Assembly (NCBI GenBank): GCA_002633005.1
Contig: NMRA01000028.1
Location: 1,015,556 to 1,079,555 of the forward strand
From: Phoronis australis
Taxonomy: Eukaryota > Animalia > Phoronida
DNA: 64,000 nucleotides
Reading direction: 5' to 3'
The notes below the pieces were generated by a model, which did no database searches, was not told where the DNA came from, and worked only from the letters and a program-made list of their open reading frames with translations. The translations under genes and the position numbers were made by a program. The first letter of the stretch is position 1, and each line of letters begins with the position of its first letter. This document shows positions 1-12,100 of this stretch, piece after piece.

Positions 1-107
1 AGTTCCACTACATCTCCAACAGTGTCCTCTGAGTTGTACACTCCCTTCACGGAGCCAAGACTGTTCCACCTCTGTGTGTGGGGACCACCTTGACCCGCGT
101 CACTCCT
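1..107 (-). CDS. MYCBP2: MYCBP2 exon 34 (partial), PHR domain 2 (...QRWNSLGSVKGVY...DVVEL)
   Basis: tttcag| acceptor; in frame with exon 33; runs off window edge. Confidence 0.88.
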
Positions 108-3100
108 CTGAAATGGAGCACAACAATTAACATCAAGACATTTCCATAATTAATAATGTGTTTGTACACAGCCGATGTGGCAAAGCACATAAACAAGTCT
201 TAGCCAGCCTTTGGTTTGTGAGGAAAGAAGTGGACTTGCTAAATAAAAAATGTACATTTTACAAAACCTTCAATTTTGCTGGCAACTATTATTCAAGCAA
301 AAAAGAAGTATATGATTCTAGATTGAAAAATACAGTTCCAGCTTGACCAATAATACTAATCGATGATTACTAAGACTGCAATGTTACTCAAGCTTGGACT
401 TAAAAAATAATAATAAAACATAATGACTCATACATATCCTGAGTAAAAAGAAGTTAAATGTTAAGTTTTTGCAAGATACCATCAATAACAAAAAAACAAT
501 GCACTCACATCATCAAGTATTTCCAGTTCATAGTCATATCTCCCCGTTCCACCAAAGACCGTCACTCCAGCAATAACAATGCCTGGCTTGTCTACCGTGA
601 ATGTGACGGCGTCTGGGTTACCGTTGCCAGCATTCCAGAAAGCATTCGAGCTAGTACGGGTGAACCTGTTGGGTGTGGTCAGCAGCGGTCGTGAAGCAGA
701 GGTCAGGTCCGCCTGAAATGATACGAATGATGAACTCTTGAAGTAGCACAAAGTAGTAGAAACTTCTGGACTTGTACAAAGAATCTATAATAAAGGCCAC
801 CAACAAAGATTTACTAATAAAACTTATAAGCTTTTCAAGATTAAACCTTCTTCGAATAAGTCTTTAGATTTTCGCAGGAAAATTATGCATTCTTTATTCT
901 TAAATTCTAAATAATCAGATTGATCACCAAAATGACCCGTCCAGTTATCTTTAACTGGGAATCATTCATTTAAATAATTTACTTGCTTCCACCTAGGTGA
1001 TGCAACTTGTAACTCAAAGTATAAAACAATAACAAATGTGTCGTGGGATTCAATTACAAGTTATGATAAGCATTCTATAAACCATTTCCATAAATAACCC
1101 CTGCTCTAACAATTTACTCACTTCCATCCAGGTGGCACTGGCTGACAGCTCCTGTATAATGGCGATGAGCAGGGCACATGTGCTGGAGATCAGGTTGTCT
1201 GGGTATGTCGTCTGCTCCCCACGCAACGTCTGCTTGGCAGGTAATGTAACCATGTGGATCAAACGATCGAGCACTTCCTTGAAGGAGCACTGAGTACTAG
1301 TGCCGCCTTCCATCTAGAAGGTCAAGGTCACATAGTAGGAAGAACGAGCAAAAACATGAAGAATTTTGTCTGTATGTCAAATTTCATACAATAAGATAGT
1401 ACTAGTAACCTTTCCCACTCAGGTCCCCAATACAAAACAAATAATTAAGCAACTCTTTAAGCTTGATATCCAGCAACAGCAGTACAGATAACACTAACAT
1501 AGCCTGCCAAAACCAGCAGCACAAACACCTGAGTGGGGGAGCTGGCGGTAACCCAGGCTACATGAACAACTCCCAGTTGAACCCCAAAACCAATGTATGC
1601 GCCAAGTCATTCCAAGCAAATCAGAATACAAGCATATTTTTCACTCACATCTCTCAAACCCAGCACCAACACTAGGGTCACTTAAAGTAACCAAGAGCAC
1701 AAACATCAAGTACCAACTCACTTCAGTCCTAGCAAACATCTGTTCAACCAACACAGGGTACTGATGCACCTCTGATGAGGGTCTCTTGTCACCTTGCTTG
1801 CTGAATTTGTGTAAGTATGGTACCTTGCCATGGTCAGAATTGATGGGCAGGATGGACATTAGTTTCACTGATGGCTGAGAGAGGGCGTCCATGACTGCAG
1901 CTAACTGTTGGGCACAGCCACCGAGGTCTTCATCCTACATACACAATTTTACAGCATTTTATTTGTGCAATGCGTATTTTAAAATGCAAATTTTAATGCA
2001 TGACCAAAAACTAACATTAGAGCAGATCTTGTAAAAACATTGGAGGGAAAATTTTTCCATTTTTTTCCAATTATTTTCTCATATTCATTCAAAACCATGG
2101 TAACGGTTTTGGCAGAACCCCTGAAAAATTTGTCACTTGACAACTTTCAACCGCTCTTAACTATTACACTCAAAAAACAAGTTGTAACAATAGTTCAAAA
2201 CATTCTGAAATTTTTTTAAATTTTCATCAAAAATATTGCCTTAGCTATGACATAATTAGATGTTCTTGACGAAAACTTGGCAAAGTTTATATTTCAGCTA
2301 ACACTCTACCTGTTGATTGGTCGATGAAATCAGGTCACAAAGGCACAGCCACTTGAGGCTCCCGGTGGGGTAGAAGGCATGGAAGCACATGGTGAACATA
2401 CGGTGACACGCCTGCAGGATCCCCTCAGCCAGACGAGTGTGTTCCTTCACACCCTGGCTGACCGTTACCTTGACCGGGGGCAGTGGGATGTGCTCAGCTA
2501 AGATGCAGTGTACAGCAGCACGAGTATCGCAGACACAATCTGCCATACGGGCCGTCTCACCACCCAGTTTCTTGGCATGCCCTGATGAAGACATTCAGAA
2601 CAACTACAAAACAGCACTTTTCCAGAGAACTTGAAAAAATGGTTCTGTCATGCATATCAAAACAGATTTAGAGACAGGTGCCATATCAAAATACAATTAA
2701 ATAAGATAATATGCAATGCAAAACTATTGTAGTCAGTGGGTGCAGCATTGAAATAACAGAAAATAAGAACTCTCAAAGGGGCACTGTCTTTAAATCCCTT
2801 CATATCCATATTAACAACAATGCAACAACAACGACCAAGCATTTGTTATTGGACCCAACTGGGCACACTACTTGCAATAACAATAACAATAACAACAAGG
2901 ACAAGCATTTATTGGACCCAACTGGGCACACTACTTGCAATAACAATAACAACAAGGACAAGCAATAAGTACAAAACTCACAATAACATTAACAAAGACT
3001 TTTACTAAATCTGCCCATATTTTTACCTGTTTTGGGATAAACTTTACAGATGAATGAAGTGAGCAGATGAAGGCAGGCTGTGCACACATAGACCAGTCGC

Positions 3101-6100
3101 TTGAGGTCAACGGTCATGGCCTTCAGCTGTGACCCTGACAGGATCTGCATGTCCTGGATGGAGCCATTGAAGGTCGACCACGCCCAGTTGAGCAGGTTCA
3201 ACAATGAGTCAAAACATTCCTGTGACGAGAGTCGCACAAACTGAATGACGTGTCATCATGATGTCACGATGTGTCGCGCAAACTGGATGATGTGTCATTG
3301 TGAAAATGTAGAATGGCAATGAGACTAGTTGAGAGTGTGCAATGGATGTTTTGTAGGGTGTCATGTTTGTACTATAATTCTCTACCAGCTGATAGAGTTA
3401 ACATGATAAGAGTGTTATCTCCTTTAATGAACAAGGCGTGCTACAGTAAATCTTGGCAGTATGGCAGATCATGTTTATGTGTGAAGCTAAACACAAATGA
3501 TTACAGATGACCAAGTTTAAATAACTGTTACCTTCTAAAATTGTTCAGATACAAAAGGTGTTCCACAAATTAGATTTTTAAACTTTTGAAATGTTATTGA
3601 GCAGTTCAAGAACTTTTGTTCGATTACAACTGCAACTTGATTTGGGTTACGACACATCTGAGCTCAAATTACCTGGACTACAAACATGAAAGGCAACGGT
3701 ACGTAATCGGAAGAATCAAATACGCAACAACTTGAAAGAGGCTGTGACAGAGCAGCAAGGCCCACCAAATGACTACTTACAGGGGTGACATCCTTTGAGA
3801 AGTCCTTGGTCAACAAATGAGCCAGCTCAGATGTGCCGTCAGAATCTTGACTACTGCTGCTCTCTGGTGTCAGAAGTCTGAAATATCGTGAAATGAAATC
3901 TAAGTTAAAACAAAACATAAACTTGATGATTGTTCATGAATATGCCTACATTTAATCGTAACAATATACAGAAGGTTTCTGATTTGAGAATTCATGCTGT
4001 TACAGACAAAGTACTCATCACCTCAGCCTGCAAGTGCTTCTCATGGCTGTAAGATCGTCGGTATTTTTAGAAACACCTCAGTCTTTTATTAACATAGCAC
4101 TATAATTATAACTCACACGTAAAATTATCAACCTTGGGCATTACTTCAGTCAGAACATGCTACTATAAGTAATTTTCAAATCATAATTTTCATTGTATAA
4201 CCATCCCCAACCATTACAATTTTATTTCTAACCTATTAATATTCAAGTCCACATCTTTTCAATGTTTATTTCATAGGTGATCTCCTTTTGTGTATACAGG
4301 AGGGTAATCTAGTAACAAAACATTAGTTTTGGTTAACTTTTACCCCTCAATAAATTTTGTTATTTATTAAATATTCTAATCATCTGTTTTCAACTTACAA
4401 AACCATTGTTTTGTAAATATCCGTACTACTCGGTTATGACTGTTCATATTGTTATCTCTGTTGTAATACCTAGATATAATGTAGCTTTTGCTTACAGTAA
4501 TAATAAACAACAACTTACTTGTAGTATAACAGTGGTATCTGGCCAGCATTTGTATCTGTGCCATTGTTGGACTTCCTACTTGTCTTGAACTTAAAAACGA
4601 CCTGGTCATCTGTGGTCACCATAGACTGACCACTGGCTCCACAGTCGCTGCTCGGTCCAGACACTTTGGCCGTCACCACATACCAGTTATCGGCCTGCAG
4701 TTTGATTGGCTCGTCAAACATCAGTGGGTACTTCTCTCTAAAGAAGCGACAACTTTGGTTATTCATCTGTGACTACGTTAAATTGGTGTGGTTCACCTAG
4801 GTTACGCAACCAACCTTCATAACACCACCGTTCCCACCAATCTTCAGTACTATCTACACTTTGAAGGAAGCGTGATGCCTACGAGTCGCTAAGAATTTAA
4901 TTATGCAAGCAGACCAGATTTAATTCGAACACAGCAACCAACCAAAATTTAAAGAACAGGACTTTCCAACTTATCACAACATAATTTCATGGTGAAATCA
5001 AGTCCAAATTCAATGCTTGCTTATGACAAGAATTTAACTTCCTTCAACAGAGCTAAGACCATGATGTAAAACATAAAACCCCGATGAATTTTACACAATC
5101 TCAGTCATACCTGACAGCACACACGTAGGTGAATTCTTCAGTCTCTGAAATCAGGACCCCTTCAATTTCATTATCTCCTCCCTCAGTTCCAAGTTCATAC
5201 AACTGAAACGGGCAGTAACATTTGATACTTCACTTTGATAACTATAAGCTATGAATAAACAAATCGGCACTTAATCCTTCATGGTTAAATGGCAAGACTA
5301 GACTGGTGAAGCTGAACACAAAGTCAGCCTATTCAGTGGGATCCTGTCTGCCTGACAACTGTGAGTAACAGAATTAGCGGTTAAATAAAAGAACACTAAA
5401 TTAATCTAAATACTCTATTACCATGAACCTATTCACTCCAAAATATACAAAACTTGTCCCTTGGCCTGTGAAGTGTAAGTATCTTCTTGTACTACCAACA
5501 GGGCAATCAACTCCATGGAAGCAGTTGGTATTGGATCCATGACATCTACCACAACTTATGGGCAAAATGTTCCACATACCTTGATCTTGGCGAAGTACTC
5601 TCCCCGGCCTCCAAACAGGCCCACACCCCCCAGGAGGCAGTCTGTGTCCGGTGAGAAGCGGATGCCCTCTACAGAATGTCCAGAGTAACCCCAGCCACCT
5701 CCATGACCTGAAGAATTAAAAGGTAAACACAGACATATCTCATTTCACTGTTTATTCCATCATAGTTCAAGATCAGATATTGTTCCCAAGATTCCCACCC
5801 CCACCTCAGTTCCCAGTATCAATGTCATCCCATGCGCATGATTACTGCTAAGGTCCATATATTATTAGTATTTCCCTGACTTATTATTTTGGTCAAGGTC
5901 AGAGCATGTCCTAATTCAAGAGATAGGCAGTATTGAGCGTACCGATTTCAAGAATCACTAGAAAGACAGCAATAATCTCCGTGTTTGAAATCCTGGAATT
6001 AAATTTGTAGCCTACAAACAACATGTTTCATGCGTTTATACTTTGTATATCTTCTGCACAGTATTAAACATGGCTGAATTTGTGTGAATTGGGAGTGATT

Positions 6101-9100
6101 TGGTGACTAATATGCTGTGATTACGAACCTAAACAATCTGTGTCCCAAATTCCAGCATCAAGAAAATTCAATTTCGCGGGAATTTCCATGACCCAAATCC
6201 TAGAGCCTATCCCAAATTGGAGAATCTTTAGAGTACTCTCAAACCTAGTGTCGCATAACTGCAATAGATGTCTCTTCTAACTAGCATGTGCAATTGACTA
6301 CAACTAAGCTCCACATCAGCATTCCCTTGACTTACTCTCAAACATAATGTTGCATGTCTACAACAGATGTCTCTTACAACTAACATGCTATTGAGGTTGA
6401 TATAATCATTAATATTGCCATGACTTACTCTCAAACCTATTGACAGTCTGGAAGTCCTCTGGCGAATAAATCTTCTTCTCGCCTGTGTCTTTTTTTTGGC
6501 CTTCCACATCCAAGTTTAGGTCCTTGGCTTTGGCTAATGTATCCAACACAGACAGCAGGAACAGGGCAGATTGTGATCGTGTCACTCTGGCCGAGCTGCG
6601 AACAGGCACGGCGATCCCTGGGGTCAAGATCATGTTGAGATCGCGAGCACCACTACGCACAGCTGACTGGATGACATCGTAGCAGCGAATCTCGCGTCGA
6701 CCAGGGTCGTAGCTCCAGAGGTTACTGTACACAGGGTCCATACATAGACAGGAAGTGTCCAGTCGTAGTTGGTCATTGTCCATGAATCTAATGGTGAAAA
6801 GATATGGAATTACAAATTATCTTATGCTTCATTTATCGGCCATCAGAGCATTTTTTTCTATGAGCACAACCCCAGAAATCATTTTTGTATTACATCCAGG
6901 TTTTCATTTACTACCTTGTATACATTCACAAGTAAGACAGAGCTCACAGGAGTAGGAGATATGTTTGTGCAATGCTCCATTGTCAGCCAGTTAAGTCAGG
7001 ATTCGAACCCGGGTCTCCCAAATAGGAGTGCAGAGCTCAAACCTCTAAGCCACAATGTCTCTGCCCAGAGCAGTCTGTGACAGTTTATGTAAATGAAAAC
7101 TAAACACCATCATGTAATGTTAACATATACAGCTATAACAAAAAACTGGATACAAAGTAATGGACTCTGGCTTTACAATAGGCCTACTCACAACACACAG
7201 CACTCAAGAGTGCAAACAGTGGTCGTGTCAAGGTTAAGGCAAGGGCAGGTAATATTTAGAGAAGACATAGATTGCTTAGTGTGGACTAAAAAGAGGCTAG
7301 AAAATTATCAACATGAGCCTTGAAGGTGATCTTTCACACAGAGGTAAGAGGTTCTAAAATACCGCTGGCGGTCTTAAATTTTTGGTGAACAGTGCCCTGT
7401 TTAACATCTGAATAGACTGAGAGCAGAAAGTAGTTCATCAGCTTGAAAGAGATTGCAACCTGGGATCCTGTAAGACTCCCTCAATACATGCATTTACAAA
7501 CTTTGGTAGGATACCTCTTTCTCTAGTGCCACCTGGTGAATTTCAAGTTCCCATTTTAATAAAAAGAATTTTAATTTTTCGTTCTCGGCGGATCTCAGCA
7601 AATATTTGTCCAGGTTCTTCAATTCAGATATCCCGATTTTTCATTTTCCACAGCTGTCACCTATATGCTGTTTCTGTGAATCAGAACTTTTGTACCATCG
7701 CCCAAAATGCAGTTTCCTCGTTATGATGGCCCCATTTTTCATTTGGTAACCTGGGAATTCTGTCAGGTCGCATTTTGCAAGTTAACGTTATGCTAAAGGT
7801 TGAGCCCTGTCAATAACTTACATTTTGTATTCAGCATTACTGCGGTTGACCATAACGCATTTCACAGTGGGGTGGTCTTTGGGCACAATCCCTGTAGAGA
7901 AACATATACAACTCGTGGTAACAGCTTCACAAACAAATACAATAATAGAATAGACTTCACCAATACAAGAAACATGTATACAGTCACTGAAAATGACATA
8001 TAGTTAAATCTTAATTTGAGTACATTTTCTTCAGCTCATCAGAGCGTTTTTACAGAACAGATGGTTCAACACAAAAATACTCATACAGTACCCATCACAT
8101 ATGAAAGGTCCACACGTTGTATTTCTTGATAAAGTCAATCTTCAACTGTTGTGATTAAACTAAGATATACATGATTCCTTCTGTCATGTTCTGATACAAT
8201 ACCATAACTTACGACATGGTGGTTCTGATAAAATACCATAACTTACAACATGGTGACATTAACCTTCAACTTGCTGTAAATGACCTATGTTTCAAGGTTA
8301 GGTAATCACTTCAAGTCCAATCATAGTTAATATTCATGATTGTGCAGCAAAAAACCATGTTTCAGTCATGAAGAAATTTTTGTATTTAGATGATACATGT
8401 GGTAAGACTAATATTTTGGTCACATAGTCTATACTAAACTGGATAAAATGCCTTGCCATGTCTGGGTTGGTACAATTGTATTTTTCTTAGCAAAAATACA
8501 TTAGAAATATAGAAGTTTAAATAATTTTGTAATATTAAACGTAAAATACAAAAAATCAACACAATAATGCTTAGGGCTGTTCCAGTAAAATCCGTGTGGG
8601 AGGGGGGGGACGGCAGTAGAAATAAAAATTCATGGGTGGTGGTCTTCAGAAAAAAACTCAAATTATGGGTGGTCGTTCCTGTAAGAAGTGATGTATTAAA
8701 AATGGGTGGTATTTTCTGACCTGCTGATGTTGAAAGGTTGGTTACTTCAGCCCATATTGCCAGTGAACAGAGTGCAATATGTTCACTAAGCCATTAATCA
8801 AGTCATGGGCAACTTGATTTGAGCCAACCGTTTGTCTGCAGTCCTATTGAATTGAAAAGTTGTGCAACACTAAACTGGTGTTAACACATATAAGAAAATT
8901 GATGATTTTTAAATAAAAAGTATGAAGAGTAAGATAAACAAGTTCCAATATTCACTTGACATAGAAGTATAAAAGAGTTCATGGAGACAGTTTGAGATTC
9001 ATAGATCCTTATAATTGGAAAAATGTTCATTGAAATTATAGACACATGGTGAACAGAGACACCTGGTGGCTGCCAAAAGTATTGCTCACAGGCTACTTTA

Positions 9101-12100
9101 GTTTTTGACAATATTAGACAAGACAACTAGTTCTTGTCTGTCAATCATCTAAGTTCTTAACAGGTCCTCCTGGAGGCAATTTGCTTGCAAGTGTTGGATT
9201 TTATATTTTAAATTATTAAAAATAATTAAAAAATGATGGGTCATGGGTTGGAGAAATAAATGAAAAATATGGGCGGTGGGTACGAAATAAAAGTGCCTTC
9301 CCCCCCTCCCATACAGATTTTGCTGGAATAGCCCTTAACCAATGTTCAGTTGTGTGAGAAACATTCACTAAAACAAGACAACACTCAATAGAGGTCGCCC
9401 ATCATCACGGATGCAGATTATACATTCTAAAAGCAAAACAAAATGAATCAAATAAAGATAACTGTGTTGATTGATGACTCACCTATACAGGACTGGTTAG
9501 CAAACACTTTGCATTGTGGTAGGGTGGACTCACTGACGATGAGCTCATACACTCCGATGAAGTTACGTGACCCACTGGCCGAGATCCAACATGCACGCCG
9601 GTTCTTTGGTCCTGCAATATACAACAGTTAGATCACGTGTAAATCGGTCATGTTGTGCTCGAGGCCAGATAAGTTTTTTCACACATGATTGACACTAAAC
9701 TAACATAGTAACAAAAATTATTTGTCACAAAATATGGGTTGAAATGAGGAACCAAATTAATGGCCATGTTAATGTAAAAGACCCCTCACAATGTCTTCTG
9801 TGCTAAGCCCTTCCCCTGATTTCCCGGATTACCAATTCATGAGGTACCCAAATATTTATGGTAATTTTAACAACCACAAATATTTGGGTACTGCATAAAT
9901 TTAAAAATCTCGCAACAGAAATAGTAAAGAAACTTTCACTTGATCACTTGGTTTTCACTTCACAACTGTCACTAAACACTGTGTAGACATATGATGCTGT
10001 AAGTATCTGCAGTGACGTGGCCAGTTTGAGAATTATTTGTTCACCAACTTGAAAATTTTTCACCCTAGTTTTGAATGCATGAAGAAAATTTTGAACATGA
10101 CCAAAGAAAATTGACAGCATGAACTACGAAATTTCATACACTGAAATTTTTTTGCAGCTTGAAAAATCCTTTAACAAATTACACATAAAAAGTAATGCAT
10201 AGATTAATAATTTAGATTTTGATCTAAGCACAGAAAAGTATGTTTCAGTGCAATAACTCACCAAGTCCAGGTATGAAGTCAGGTGTGTATGACATTGATG
10301 TAATCAACTTCCGCCCGTCTTCACCCGTCTCTGGTAGGTGGCGCCCAAGTTCACCTTTCTACAAGAACAAAAACACACCCCATGACAAACAGGTCCACAA
10401 TGATTGATAGAAGCACATTATCCAAGTCATGGGAACAAGCACATTATCCAAGTCATGGGAACAAGCACATTATCCAAGTCATGGGAACAAGCACATTATC
10501 TAAGTCATGGGAACATGCACATCACCCAAGTCATGGGAACACACACATTATCCAAGTCATGGGAACAAGCACATTATCCAAGTCATGGGAACAAGCACAT
10601 TATCCAAGTCATGGGAACAAGCACATTATCTAAGTCATGGGAACAAGCACATTATCTAAGTCATGGGAACAAGCACATTATCTAAGTCATGGGAACANNN
10701 NNNNNNNNNNNNNNNNNNNNNNNNNNNNNNNNNNNNNNNNNNNNNNNNNNNNNNNNNNNNNNNNNNNNNNNNNNNNNNNNNNNNNNNNNNNNNNNNNNNN
10801 NNNNNNNNNNNNNNNNNNNNNNNNNNNNNNNNNNNNNNNNNNNNNNNNNNNNNNNNNNNNNNNNNNNNNNNNNNNNNNNNNNNNNNNNNNNNNNNNNNNN
10901 NNNNNNNNNNNNNNNNNNNNNNNNNNNNNNNNNNNNNNNNNNNNNNNNNNNNNNNNNNNNNNNNNNNNNNNNGTTACCACCATCAGTAGCATGCGTCTGC
11001 ATCCTTTTAGCTCGCCCGTCCACTCCCAACCCACACATTTTTGGCTGCAGAGCGGTAGTATTTGTCGCCGCGCTTAACAATAACATGAGACGCCATTGAA
11101 AATCCCACCACGCTGTCCCAGATGCCCCGGCAATGTTGACAATTTACGTTCTTCCGAAACATAAAGAGCAACTTCCGCTTTTCGAGGTGAACGTCGTCTG
11201 CAACGCCGCGGTAAGAAAGGAATTTGCCGCGGAAATTTTTTTCAAATCCGATTTTTTTACGCGGAAATATTATAAAAAAAGCGGAAAGCACATTTGAAAA
11301 AAGCGGAAATCCGCGTTTCCGCGGAAAATTCCAAGCCTTGACCCGTGTACTTGTATCTACAGAATATTTTGATATAGCAATTTGAAATGATGGCTGAGGT
11401 GGTCACAATACATGCTCTGTGAACTTACTGTGTTACTTCCAAACGTCCAGACTCGCCCGTCACTCGTCATTAGCACAGTGTGATAGCTGCCGCAGGCTAC
11501 CTGCAATACGGGAACATCCAGTTCCACTCTAGTAGGCGTACCTCTGGAAACAACACAAGTACATGGTTCAATAGCAATTCTACATCAGTTCTATGATGAC
11601 TGTTTATGCGATACAAGGTTGAACATCAAAAATGTAAACAGTACTAAAAACTATGTCACTCATCAGCTGCTCGTTTCCACTACAACTGATTAGTTTTTGC
11701 CAAGTGACTATTAACACATTACTAACTGCAAGGCAATAACTAACACACTTGTATCACTAGAAATTATGGGTAATATCTCACAAACTTGGCACTTGGATGA
11801 AGTGAAATAAAATAATTTTTGGAAGTGACCATGTGGAATGCAAAACAAAATTTCTGTAGTGGTAAGGTTCAACGTCCCATTGAACTCTGACTGAAGTTTC
11901 ACAAAAATAACATTTTATTATGACAAATGTTTGACTAAACTATAGAAACATTTCTGGCAAAAAGGTTTGGCAAAGTGTGACTGGGCTCTGTCAAAGTCTG
12001 TTTAGTTAATTTTGAAAATTAATGAAAACTGAATTCACAATACTATCAGATGCCTCATTATTACTGGTATTCCTTAGAAATTCATTGTCAAAAAAATTAT

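Noticed and set aside
3231-3298. 42-bp duplication as a duplicated acceptor of exon 29
   Set aside because: Family motif continuity (DVTP-ECFDSLL) places the true acceptor at 3219; the duplication is intronic
10411-10697. 26-bp repeat array as a CRISPR array or repetitive protein (ORFs 10382-10685)
   Set aside because: Units are contiguous with no unique spacers, the context is a eukaryotic intron, and the ORFs are artefacts of the repeat
10637-11099. ORFs spanning the N run
   Set aside because: Open only because N codons contain no stops
11007-11291. Paralogous small ORFs MLSAFFIIFPRKK (11007 and 19144) as a gene family
   Set aside because: Both lie in copies of the same MITE and diverge by frameshift; same explanation for ORFs at 8434 and 52403
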